Virus record (IMG/VR): IMGVR_UViG_3300050166_000081
Span: 1 to 52,955 of that record
Reading direction: 5' to 3' (one strand)
DNA: 52,955 nucleotides
Source of the DNA: a virus
Taxonomy: Duplodnaviria > Caudoviricetes
This document shows positions 44,973 to 52,955 of this stretch, in pieces (the stretch's first letter is position 1; each line of letters begins with the position of its first letter). The translations under genes were made by a program, and so were the position numbers. The notes under the pieces were generated by a model. The model saw only the letters and a list, made by a program, of their open reading frames with translations, searched no databases and was not told the origin of the DNA.

Positions 44973-47312
44973 ATGGCATATACTATTTCAGGATCAATAA
45001 TTACACAGTCTGGGCAAACGAGCTCTACTCGCGACACACCAGCTACTCTTTCGACTTGGGCGGCTGCAAATGGGTTGTCAGCTAATGTTTTTTTGACAGG
45101 GAGACAACTTACTATCCAAGGAAACTATAGACTTCACATTAATGGTTTTTACGACGATACGGGGTATGTAAACAATATAGCATCTGGTTCAAGAATTCGA
45201 TTTGGAGATTCTTGCGACTGGTTGAGTGGTGAACAAGTACATCAATCATCGTCTAATGTTTCAGGATTTCAGGGTATATCAGTCAAGGGAGCTAAGTGGA
45301 TATGCAACTCATGGACAGTAGATGAAAGCATAAATCTTGGAAATGCAGGCAAACTTCGCTGGTATGGTGTGGATATAAATTCTGATAGAAATATAGCTAT
45401 AGGATCAGATACACGTTCTGATCTTATTTTTTCTGGAACAAGTTTGGACGCTCAGTTTTTTGATTGCTTTTTTGTGCCAAGAGGGAATCACCGTTTGACT
45501 GGAAATGCAAATGTAAAAGCAACTGGTTGTTTTTTCGGATTTGGTCCGTTTTATTTTAATGGCGATTTGCAAGGGTTTATTAATAATACCATTGGTAGTT
45601 ATGTAACAAATGAAGTTCGTTGTAATATCGACAACGGAAGAACTATGAAAGGTGCTACATTGAAGTTTCCATTGACAACGACAAACTGGGTATTAAATCT
45701 TGGTGCCACAACCGATATCCGAACCTATCAAGATTTAGGCTTACCATCTACTTTAAATTACGCTGGAGTAGTGGGATATCAAGGTGGAATTGTTAATCTT
45801 ACTCGTAGCTTTTCTTTGCCTATTGTAAAAGCGGAATCCCCAACAACAGCTATTACCACTGCGACTTTATACAGGCAAGAACTTGGCTTATTAGTTTCTT
45901 ATCCATCTGCAAGTCTTCCAGCAACGATGCTAGCATATACTTGGAAATGGACGAATTCTGATTTTTCTTTTAGAGTTGCTCAAGTAACTGAAGATAGACG
46001 CTCATGTAATTATTTTATTGTCGATTATGCAAGAAGCATTGTCACAGGTCAGATAGATGTTTCTAACGGACCGTTTACTGGAAAGGCATTCATGCCGATT
46101 GATAGCTCAATCACCCAATCAAATCAAACAACAGTAGCAGCTTATACATCTTGCGAAACGCCACAAAAAGCATACGATCTGTCAAAGTTGTGGATGGTAA
46201 ATAATTATGCAGGTCAAACAGAGCCAAGCATTTCAAGAACTGGTAATACAATCGCAACGACGAAAAATGTTGTCATAGACCCAACAGCAAGCGCAGCCTA
46301 TTCAGAAAATGCAACAACTATAACACTTAAGGCTACTGCTTTTGCTGGTTCTATAACTGCTCCTAGCGTATCGTTAGTTAATGGTGCAAGTGTTTCTGAT
46401 AATGTGATTATAATAGGCAATCTAGTCTACAACACGAACACTGATATAGTAGTTACATTGACCAATTGCACGATTTCAGGAACAGTTAGCAACTTAGGAA
46501 CTGGAAATGTTAAGTTGAATCTTGTTAACTCAATCGTTAATACTGGTACTCGTGTTGTAGCCCAATTCCCAATCACGATTACAGATGCGGGTAATAATCT
46601 ATTTTCAACGCAAATATGGGTGTACAACGGTGCCGGAAATATCGTAGAGGACACAGGTTTCCAAAGCTTAATTCAATCCAAAACAGTCTATATGCCAGTG
46701 GGTGGAAGTCTGCGAGTGTATAGCCAAGCGTATGGCTACCAATCCAAAATAACCAATACATCGGCTACAAATCCGACTTTGGTAATCACGCACATACCTG
46801 AGACCTTAGTAGATACTAGCTTGCCAACAGCCACTAGAAACACAGTAGCTGGTTATTTTTCATCTATAGTTGAAAATTCATTGTTGTACGTAGAAGTGGA
46901 TACTGATTTGGCAAACTATACCCCTACCGAGGTGTTGAACGCAATGCACTACTTCATCGTATCGAATGGTGGTAATTTTGCAGCGCTTTCATTGCTAGCC
47001 AACACTGTTGGAAGCGTTCAGCTTATTGATGGTGGTTTTCGGGTTTATTCGGCATTTTTTAAAGGTCGTGCAAAGTCAAATCTTAATGCTACCAATACAC
47101 CTTCATTATACATAACATTGCCGCTATACATTGAAGATGCCAGTGGTGTAGCTGGAAATCAGGTTATGGTGCGCAATGCCAACGGAATCGATGTGCATTC
47201 GGCGCTATGGTCTAAGGCTACGGCTAACATCTCACAAAACGATAAGGACAGTATTGCAAGCACCACTTGGAGCCACGACAAACGAACACTAAATGACGCT
47301 CTTTTTGAATAA
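44973..47312 (+). CDS. Tail spike/receptor-binding protein (beta-rich)
   Basis: 779 aa, T/S/N/G-rich, beta-helix-like; C-terminal W...RTL. Confidence 0.65.
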   Translation: MAYTISGSIITQSGQTSSTRDTPATLSTWAAANGLSANVFLTGRQLTIQGNYRLHINGFYDDTGYVNNIASGSRIRFGDSCDWLSGEQVHQSSSNVSGFQGISVKGAKWICNSWTVDESINLGNAGKLRWYGVDINSDRNIAIGSDTRSDLIFSGTSLDAQFFDCFFVPRGNHRLTGNANVKATGCFFGFGPFYFNGDLQGFINNTIGSYVTNEVRCNIDNGRTMKGATLKFPLTTTNWVLNLGATTDIRTYQDLGLPSTLNYAGVVGYQGGIVNLTRSFSLPIVKAESPTTAITTATLYRQELGLLVSYPSASLPATMLAYTWKWTNSDFSFRVAQVTEDRRSCNYFIVDYARSIVTGQIDVSNGPFTGKAFMPIDSSITQSNQTTVAAYTSCETPQKAYDLSKLWMVNNYAGQTEPSISRTGNTIATTKNVVIDPTASAAYSENATTITLKATAFAGSITAPSVSLVNGASVSDNVIIIGNLVYNTNTDIVVTLTNCTISGTVSNLGTGNVKLNLVNSIVNTGTRVVAQFPITITDAGNNLFSTQIWVYNGAGNIVEDTGFQSLIQSKTVYMPVGGSLRVYSQAYGYQSKITNTSATNPTLVITHIPETLVDTSLPTATRNTVAGYFSSIVENSLLYVEVDTDLANYTPTEVLNAMHYFIVSNGGNFAALSLLANTVGSVQLIDGGFRVYSAFFKGRAKSNLNATNTPSLYITLPLYIEDASGVAGNQVMVRNANGIDVHSALWSKATANISQNDKDSIASTTWSHDKRTLNDALFE

Positions 47313-47327
47313 CAAATAATTATAATT

Positions 47328-47504
47328 ATGAAAAATGAAATTCCACGCAGAAACAGACTGGACTTAAATACTCCAGCAGAAAAAGCCATCCACGATGCAA
47401 TGCAAGAGGTTGAAAAAGTAGGTGCAGACCCAAAGCTAACCGATGTGGTTGTAATGCTAGTTAAAGCAAAAGAATTGCTTTCTGACTATGTTGATGGCAA
47501 GTAA
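47328..47504 (+). CDS. 58-aa helical protein (not in ORF track)
   Basis: MKNEIPRRNRLDLNTPAEKAIHDAMQEVEKVGADPKLTDVVVMLVKAKELLSDYVDGK; good initiation context. Confidence 0.75.
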   Translation: MKNEIPRRNRLDLNTPAEKAIHDAMQEVEKVGADPKLTDVVVMLVKAKELLSDYVDGK

Positions 47505-47549
47505 TTTAAGTATTAATATTAATCGGCGAATGCCACAAATACTATAAAA

Positions 47550-47822
47550 ATGAACGAATATTTAATTTACAAAATTTTTACAACGGCACTGATCGCTTCT
47601 ATTTTGATTTATTGGAAGTTGAAATCGAAATCGTCAGACACATCTTATTCCCAGCCCAAAGAAACCGATGACGGTAAATTTGCCATCCCAAAACCCGCCG
47701 ATGAAGATATGGAAGGAATAGACTGTGAGGAAATTAGAACGGATCCAAAATTTAAGGAAAATGCACAATCGTTATCAGCAAGAATTCCCGACCCGAAAGG
47801 AACGCCTACAGTTCGTCCTTAG
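47550..47822 (+). CDS. Single-TM protein with Pro-rich C-terminal peptide
   Basis: N-terminal TM, acidic linker, SLSA-RIPDPKGTPTVRP. Confidence 0.65.
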   Translation: MNEYLIYKIFTTALIASILIYWKLKSKSSDTSYSQPKETDDGKFAIPKPADEDMEGIDCEEIRTDPKFKENAQSLSARIPDPKGTPTVRP

Positions 47823-48384
47823 TCGAATTTCCTTGATTATTTCAGTATTGATATTATTATTTTCAAGCACAATTGCAAATTATAATACTACCGTAAATGA
47901 GGCTTGGATAATTTGGAAGAATCTGAACTACTTCAATTACGTGATTATTTTTTGGGCATTACATAAAGAAGTAATTGAAAAAATTGGAAAAACGGGTTAT
48001 AAAATTGTCGTCAGCTTATTAGTCAATTATTTTATAGATCAATATTTTGAACTGAAAGGCTGGAGTTGGAATGATTTAATAACCGTAGGGTTTATAGTAG
48101 TAGAATTAATTTTTAAAAATAAAAAACACATGAGAACACTTAAAAAATTAGTAGCAAAGCATTGGGCATTGATTGGATTAATCGCTGCCTTTATAGTAGA
48201 TCACTCATTTGATATTTTGAAAAATTCGGGCTTATCACTTACCGAAGTTGATATAATCAAAGGATTAGGAGTGATTGTGGTAGGGTATTTATGGAACCCT
48301 AAAAAAAGTTCGCTAAAGAGCTTGAGCGCTACCTCTGCAATTGAAAAAGGCAATGGTGCCGTAATCCCAAGAAAAGGCTTGTAA
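47725..48384 (+). CDS. Polytopic membrane protein, in frame with a probable second product starting at ATG 48130
   Basis: About four TM segments, then AAAAAACAC-ATG MRTLKK... two-TM unit ending SLSA-TSAIEKGNGAVIPRKGL. Confidence 0.6.
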   Translation: MRKLERIQNLRKMHNRYQQEFPTRKERLQFVLSRISLIISVLILLFSSTIANYNTTVNEAWIIWKNLNYFNYVIIFWALHKEVIEKIGKTGYKIVVSLLVNYFIDQYFELKGWSWNDLITVGFIVVELIFKNKKHMRTLKKLVAKHWALIGLIAAFIVDHSFDILKNSGLSLTEVDIIKGLGVIVVGYLWNPKKSSLKSLSATSAIEKGNGAVIPRKGL

Positions 48385-48385
48385 G

Positions 48386-48700
48386 ATGAAGTATAGCGAA
48401 ATTCCTTTAGTGCTTTTAATGCTGTTTACTTTGTTGTATACGGCTGTTGGAGATCAAGATAGTGAGGTTTGGTCTGGGCTTTATTTTTTCGTTAATTATC
48501 TTACGCAGCTATGGCTGTTTAACGACTACAAAAATAAAATTATCAGAATTGGAGGGATTTCGCTAAACATTTCAATTTTAATTTACGTGGTGTTAAAATA
48601 TTTTCTTCAACTAGAAGTGATGTTGTATTACACCTTTATTCCTTTTATTATTTGTTTAATCACATTAATACGTTACGACTATGTCACACATAAGCGATAG
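48386..48700 (+). CDS. Four-TM membrane protein
   Basis: Four hydrophobic segments in 104 aa. Confidence 0.65.
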   Translation: MKYSEIPLVLLMLFTLLYTAVGDQDSEVWSGLYFFVNYLTQLWLFNDYKNKIIRIGGISLNISILIYVVLKYFLQLEVMLYYTFIPFIICLITLIRYDYVTHKR

Positions 48701-48860
48701 ACTTTACAATTTTGTTACCTACGGATTTACTGTTAGTGGCATAGCGATTTCATTCGGAGATATAAAAAGCTTTATACTATTTATTGGTGGTATTATACTG
48801 CTTTCATTACAAATCCGTCTCCATTTGATCAAGATAAAAAAAGAAAAAGAAAATAAATAG
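48681..48860 (+). CDS. Putative holin, 59 aa (not in ORF track)
   Basis: MSHISDRLYNFVTYGFTVSGIAISFGDIKSFILFIGGIILLSLQIRLHLIKIKKEKENK; TM plus basic tail; 2 nt before the endolysin. Confidence 0.65.
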   Translation: MSHISDRLYNFVTYGFTVSGIAISFGDIKSFILFIGGIILLSLQIRLHLIKIKKEKENK

Positions 48861-48862
48861 AT

Positions 48863-49387
48863 ATGATATCAAAAGAGAATTATAAGTTACTAGCCTTAGA
48901 TTTTGGATTGCCAATATCATCCATTAAGGCTATTGATGAAGTTGAAAGTAGCGGAGAGGGATTTGACCCATCTACAGGAAAAATTAAGATTCAGTTCGAG
49001 CCAAGTTGGTTCAAGAAATTAGCAAAAATTTTAATTCCTAATGGTGTAGAGAATCAAGCTAAAGAATGGCTTGCTTTCAATAAAGCCTATGCGAAAAATC
49101 CGCAGAAAGCAATGGAAAGCACTTCTATTGGGCGTATGCAGGTTATGGGGCTGCATTGGAAGCGACTAGGCTTCAAGTCAGTTGATGCCATGTGGGATTT
49201 TGCAAAGAAGTCCGAAGCAAATCAGCTATGGTTGGGACTAAAGTTCATCCAAACAGATAAACGGCTTTTTAAGGCTGTTTTGGCTAAGGACTGGAAAACC
49301 GTTGCATACCTATATAACGGATCACTTTACTGGCAGAAAAAATACGATGTTAAACTAGCGCAAGCTGAAATAAAAAATAGATCATGA
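48863..49387 (+). CDS. Endolysin, N-acetylmuramidase (DUF3380-like)
   Basis: AIDEVESSGEGF...KIQFEP.WF, STSIGRMQVMG.HW, A.LYNG..Y....YD.KL. Confidence 0.9.
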   Translation: MISKENYKLLALDFGLPISSIKAIDEVESSGEGFDPSTGKIKIQFEPSWFKKLAKILIPNGVENQAKEWLAFNKAYAKNPQKAMESTSIGRMQVMGLHWKRLGFKSVDAMWDFAKKSEANQLWLGLKFIQTDKRLFKAVLAKDWKTVAYLYNGSLYWQKKYDVKLAQAEIKNRS

Positions 49388-50058
49388 ACACACAAACAAA
49401 ACAAATCGACTGGGTAAAGGTATTTTCAATTGTAACTGCGATAGTATTTGCTTTCCTTTGGTTAAAAGGATGCACGAGTTCAAATCCTGAACCGCAAATC
49501 GCAAAGGTTGAAGTAACAGTTCCTGAAGTGCAAGGAAAATTTGCAGCTCAAAAACCTATTAATACTCCAATTGTAAAGTGGTCAAATTCGACAACTTTGA
49601 AAAGCAAATCTAATTTGCCAAAAAATGAAAATACATATTTTGACAAGTATAAAAAAACAATAGTTCAAAATGAGCCTATTGTAGTTAATTCAGAAATTAA
49701 ATCTGATTCAATTGTAAAAAAGCCTTGCGAGCAACAGCTCAATAATTTTTCAACAAAATTCGAAGACGAAAACCTAGAGTTAAATCTTGAAGGAGTAGTC
49801 CAGGGAGAGGTAAAGGAGATCACTCCGAGTTATAAGATCAAGGAAAGAAAGATTGAAACTGCCGTTAAAGAAAAACAAGTGGCCTTTAGAATGCTTGGAG
49901 GGGTAGAAGTAGGGAATACGCTTGTTTTAGATAAGTTCGCAGTCAAAGCAAATCTAATGTTTCAAAATAAAAAAGGGAATATATTTTCGGCTTCTATGGA
50001 TACAAATAAAGCAATTTGGGTAGGGTATAGTGCTAGTATTTTTAGTATAAAACGCTAG
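49384..50058 (+). CDS. Spanin-like/Rz-position membrane-anchored protein
   Basis: TM ending LKG-C; beta-strand C-terminus; overlaps the endolysin stop codon. Confidence 0.55.
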   Translation: MNTQTKQIDWVKVFSIVTAIVFAFLWLKGCTSSNPEPQIAKVEVTVPEVQGKFAAQKPINTPIVKWSNSTTLKSKSNLPKNENTYFDKYKKTIVQNEPIVVNSEIKSDSIVKKPCEQQLNNFSTKFEDENLELNLEGVVQGEVKEITPSYKIKERKIETAVKEKQVAFRMLGGVEVGNTLVLDKFAVKANLMFQNKKGNIFSASMDTNKAIWVGYSASIFSIKR

Positions 50059-50225
50059 GCCACGCATAGAGTAATTATTTAAATTTGAATATAAAAACTT
50101 TATACTTTTTATTTAGATTTTGTATAAATAACATTTTTTGAGTTGTTCGAGAACAATTATAGAGTATGTTACTTTATATTTGTTTCAAAATTAGAACCAA
50201 ATCATTACCTAAAATTAAAAAAGCA

Positions 50226-50435
50226 ATGGGACAAAACACGCTAAATGGACACATTATACTTCAGCCTAAGGGGGATGTATATTTGGGCTTTATAGCTCAA
50301 TATCCAGCAATTTGTGCTCAAGGAGACACAATTGATCAAGTAAAAGATAAGCTGAAAAAATTCGCGAAAAAATATTTCGATTACATGAGTAATAGTAGTA
50401 TTGATGCTAAAAATACTGAATTAGTTGCCTTTTAA
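50226..50435 (+). CDS. HicB-like antitoxin (short, no DNA-binding domain)
   Basis: YLGFIAQYPAICAQGDTIDQV..KL fits the HicB pattern; ATG 50226 follows -7 TATATTTG at 50175-82. Confidence 0.7.
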   Translation: MGQNTLNGHIILQPKGDVYLGFIAQYPAICAQGDTIDQVKDKLKKFAKKYFDYMSNSSIDAKNTELVAF

Positions 50436-50438
50436 AAT

Positions 50439-50681
50439 ATGACTTTTGAGAATTTATCAGAGCATATTAGTGAAGAAGGTTGTAGTATGTTAGAGTTAGA
50501 TACAGATTTATTTTTAGCAAGTAACTGTATAAATGGAAAACAATGTCTAATAGAAAGATTAGATTATTATGGAATTGTTACTTTATGCCATTATATTTTA
50601 GAATTAAATGTTGATGTGCCTGAAGAGATTGAAGATATTTATCAGGTTTACTCCAATGCGAGAAACAAAGATTTAAACTAA
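50439..50681 (+). CDS. Acidic HicA-like partner protein
   Basis: Helix-G-three strands-helix spacing as in HicA but lacking the GSH motif; 3 nt after the HicB-like gene. Confidence 0.45.
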   Translation: MTFENLSEHISEEGCSMLELDTDLFLASNCINGKQCLIERLDYYGIVTLCHYILELNVDVPEEIEDIYQVYSNARNKDLN

Positions 50682-50704
50682 ACCACTCACCGAGTGGTTT
50701 TTTT
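50681..50704 (+). terminator. Rho-independent terminator
   Basis: AACCACTC-ACC-GAGTGGTT plus T-run. Confidence 0.85.
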
Positions 50705-50768
50705 ATGCCTTGTAAAGCCCTATAAAATAAGGGAAAGTGAAAATAATTTAAAAATAATTACTTTTTTA

Positions 50769-50801
50769 TTTGCTTTGTATATCATAAATGATATATATTT
50801 G
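50769..50801 (+). promoter_or_regulatory. Consensus Bacteroidota promoter with overlapping palindrome
   Basis: TTTG(50769-72)-21 nt-TATATTTG(50794-801); TATATCAT-AA-ATGATATA at 50778-95. Confidence 0.75.
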
Positions 50802-50872
50802 TTCTCAGATAACAAGGAAGTTATCACAAACTTTAAAAGAGGCGGCAACTCGTTAATACGGCAAAAAATAAA

Positions 50873-51079
50873 ATGAAAAATTTAAACATTATTACTAAAA
50901 AATTAAATGCTGGGAGATTTGAAATTACAGTTATGGTAGATTTTGAAGAAACGCAAAGATTTGAAACTAATGACATGTCTTTAATTGACGATATTCAAGA
51001 ATGGAAAAATGATGGCAACGAAAGTGAATTAATGAAATTTGAATCTTTTTCTGAATTAGAAAATTATTTTTTAAACTAA
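50873..51079 (+). CDS. Small acidic protein (anti-defence candidate)
   Basis: 68 aa, 15 D/E versus 7 K/R; first gene of an HTH-containing operon. Confidence 0.7.
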   Translation: MKNLNIITKKLNAGRFEITVMVDFEETQRFETNDMSLIDDIQEWKNDGNESELMKFESFSELENYFLN

Positions 51080-51081
51080 AG

Positions 51082-51387
51082 ATGTCACAAAACAAAAATC
51101 AAAACGAGCAATGGATGTTGCTCGTTTTACTTCTTAAAGAAATAGCAGAAAAAAAAGGGGTTACACAAGGACAAATTGCGGAACAAACGGGATTACTTCA
51201 ATCCAACATTAGCCGCTTTTTTTCTTTGAAATATAAACCAACACTTGATACTTTTTTGCAAATTTCAAAAGCTATAAAGGTTAATTTTTTCTTTGAAGAT
51301 CAAGAAAGTAAAACAGATCTAAATGAAGCCATGGAACACGCAATGGAAGAACTAGGTAGGCGTGCAAATAAATTACCTAAAAATTAA
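51082..51387 (+). CDS. XRE-family HTH regulator
   Basis: AEKKGVTQGQIAEQTGLLQSNISRF...PTLDTFLQI. Confidence 0.9.
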   Translation: MSQNKNQNEQWMLLVLLLKEIAEKKGVTQGQIAEQTGLLQSNISRFFSLKYKPTLDTFLQISKAIKVNFFFEDQESKTDLNEAMEHAMEELGRRANKLPKN

Positions 51388-51399
51388 TTACCTTTACCT

Positions 51400-51477
51400 C
51401 AAGATTTGGGATCTTGGCGGTTTGCATACTGGTGGGGGCACCAGTTTAGTATCTCTTACTGCAAACCGCCTTTTTTT
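51400..51477 (+). ncRNA. Branched hairpin ending in T7 (sRNA or complex terminator)
   Basis: GGCGGTTTGCA/TGCAAACCGCC enclosing ACTGGTG-GGGG-CACCAGT and AGT/ACT hairpins. Confidence 0.5.
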
Positions 51478-51495
51478 ATTAATTCTACTATAAAT

Positions 51496-51525
51496 AAAAA
51501 CCGATAGTCTCCTGTCGGTTTTTTT
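51496..51525. terminator. Bidirectional terminator downstream of the integrase
   Basis: AAAAACCGATAG/CTGTCGGTTTTT. Confidence 0.8.
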
Positions 51526-51540
51526 CTTTTAATTAATTTA

Positions 51541-52701
51541 TTAAAGTGCTGGGGAGTTTTCTAAAATATTTTTTCGGTGAACTTCTTTAACAACTCGCGC
51601 ATATTTTTCAGTCATCAAACGGGATGTGTGGCCATAAAGCTCACGCAAGCTATCGATTTCCAATCCAGCAAGTATCTTTCTATCCGCACCTAAATGTTTC
51701 ATTGCGTAAAGATTCATATTAATTCCAAGGCCTTTTTTAACTATTGTTTCCCATCTTCTGGTGGCAGTATCTCGATTAATTTTAGTTGGTCCTGAAATGA
51801 AGTCATTAAATTTTCCAATGTTGCCTTTTCCCGGTTCTCTAAAACTACCAAATAAATAATAATCATTCGGTAAATTTTCAAAATTCATTTTTCGATAGTA
51901 TTCCATTAAATGTTGGTTTATCGGAACAATTCTTTTTCTTTTTGTTTTTGTAATTTCAGCTGGAAGAATTATTTCACTGTTTTTTAAATCAACCATTGCT
52001 AGATTAATTTTTGTAATTTCTTCTGGTCTAATTCCAGTGTGAAAAATCGTGATCACAAAATTATAAAAGTCAGGATGTTTTGCCTCAAGCTCCTTTTTTA
52101 TTTTATTTACATCTTCAACACTTGCTGGTTGGTTCGCATCGCTTTCAGAAACAGGTAAATTTTTAATAGTATGTGCTGGATTGGTTTCTATAATATCCCA
52201 TTGTAAAAGTTCGCTTAAAACCGCTTTTAAATGGTTGAGGTGTTTATTGTATGCATTATTAGACCATTTACGTTGTTCTTTAGCTTTATTGATGATTAGC
52301 CTTATATGAACTCGCTTAACTTCAGTTATTGGCAAACTTTCAAATTCAAGTTTTTTAATGGCTTCTTTTACAAATTTAATTGTCCCATTGTAGCCAGAAA
52401 TTGTTTTGGAGCCCAAGTTTGGAGATTTTTTTTCCATTGCAAAATCTAAAGCCTTTCCAATAGTTAAATCCGTTTGTTCTTGAATTACATCTGGGATAGT
52501 TGGATTCCAACCTTCCTTAAGTTTTTCGTGCAAAGCATCACGAAGCAAATTAGCTTCTTTCTCGCGTTTTTTTAAATCTGTAATATAATTTATTCCGTAT
52601 TTATATCGGAATAGAACCTTGTTATATCTAAAATAGACAAACCAAGGCTTAGAAAGATCATCATATTTGACAACCTTTGGAGTAGAGTAGATTGATTTCA
52701 T
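51541..52701 (-). CDS. int: Tyrosine integrase
   Basis: HTGIRPEEI (R), KTK (K), YAMKH (degenerate HxxR), LYGHTS..MTEKY (H, Y); adjacent to att/tRNA; ATG 52701 preferred. Confidence 0.95.
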   Translation of the reverse strand: MKSIYSTPKVVKYDDLSKPWFVYFRYNKVLFRYKYGINYITDLKKREKEANLLRDALHEKLKEGWNPTIPDVIQEQTDLTIGKALDFAMEKKSPNLGSKTISGYNGTIKFVKEAIKKLEFESLPITEVKRVHIRLIINKAKEQRKWSNNAYNKHLNHLKAVLSELLQWDIIETNPAHTIKNLPVSESDANQPASVEDVNKIKKELEAKHPDFYNFVITIFHTGIRPEEITKINLAMVDLKNSEIILPAEITKTKRKRIVPINQHLMEYYRKMNFENLPNDYYLFGSFREPGKGNIGKFNDFISGPTKINRDTATRRWETIVKKGLGINMNLYAMKHLGADRKILAGLEIDSLRELYGHTSRLMTEKYARVVKEVHRKNILENSPAL

Positions 52702-52786
52702 TTTAATTGTTTTTAAATTAAAATGTTTGAGGAAGACTTTAATCAATCAAAGAGTTTTGTACTCTTTTTGTTCACTTTTATTCTAT

Positions 52787-52822
52787 AAAAAACGGGAAGC
52801 CTATATTTTACAGTACTTCCCG
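52787..52822 (-). terminator. Phage-supplied terminator downstream of tRNA-Ser
   Basis: CGGGAAG/CTTCCCG stem followed by T6 on the minus strand. Confidence 0.6.
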
Positions 52823-52826
52823 ATTT

Positions 52827-52843
52827 CAGCGGAGAAAGAGGGA
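52827..52843. repeat. att core, right copy
   Basis: Identical to 111-127. Confidence 0.95.
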
Positions 52844-52914
52844 TTCGAACCCCCGGACCTGTTACAGTCAACAGTTTTCAAGACTGCCGCATTCGACCGC
52901 TCTGCCATTTCTCC
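52830..52914 (-). tRNA. Host tRNA-Ser(TGA), integration target
   Basis: Reverse complement GGAGAAATGGCAGAGCGGTCGAATGCGGCAGTC-TTGAAA-ACTGTTGACTGTAACAGGTCCGGGGGTTCGAATCCCTCTTTCTCCG; long variable arm. Confidence 0.97.
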
Positions 52915-52955
52915 AATAAGATGCTACCATTTTCTGGTTGCGAGTGCAAATATAA

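Larger units (their letters stand above)
111..52843. mobile_element. Complete temperate prophage (siphovirus-like) integrated in tRNA-Ser(TGA)
   Basis: 17-bp direct repeat at both ends, tyrosine integrase next to the tRNA, full set of repressor, replication, packaging, head, tail and lysis modules, no obvious disrupted core gene. Confidence 0.96.

Noticed and set aside
47328-47504. Assignment as Acb2/Tad1
   Set aside because: Lacks the Acb2 motifs I recall; left as hypothetical
50694-50876. 60-aa ORF
   Set aside because: Starts in a terminator and spans a promoter/operator
1-52955. CRISPR array, diversity-generating retroelement, retron, invertible tail cassette, IS element
   Set aside because: No repeat-spacer array, reverse transcriptase, TR/VR pair, invertase or transposase seen by eye

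Overview
The window is essentially one complete-looking, ~52.7 kb temperate siphovirus-type prophage. Low GC, TAnnTTTG -7 promoters and Gln+1 signal peptides point to a Bacteroidota host, probably Flavobacteriales. It is integrated at the 3' end of a host tRNA-Ser(TGA) (52830-52914, minus strand) and bounded by a 17-bp att core at 111-127 and 52827-52843. Order: immunity operon (KilA-N, HTH, exported protein, CI-like repressor); early/recombination genes (Rad50-like ATPase, RecT, MBL hydrolase); replication (SF2 helicase, initiator with iterons, NinG, PcfK/AcrIIA9-PcfJ); small accessory ORFs; ParB-MTase; TerS; a ~750-nt non-coding RNA cluster; TerL; portal; head; tail; fibre module; lysis; HicBA-like and acr/aca-like morons; integrase. 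Four signals stand out. (1) The RNA cluster between terS and terL holds two tRNAs, a 147-nt Leu-type tRNA scaffold whose anticodon loop is replaced by a large structured insert, a D-/T-loop mimic element and a ~190-nt multibranched RNA. (2) Five Fur-box-like palindromes sit at the switch region, structural promoters and a moron, alongside a six-copy late-promoter box. (3) Two tandem 'membrane-anchored precursor ending in SLSA+peptide / polytopic membrane protein' pairs precede the lysis genes. (4) A tail-fibre-like S74 protein carries a Sec signal peptide. All family calls are by eye from motifs and recalled family features; no searches or folding programs were run.
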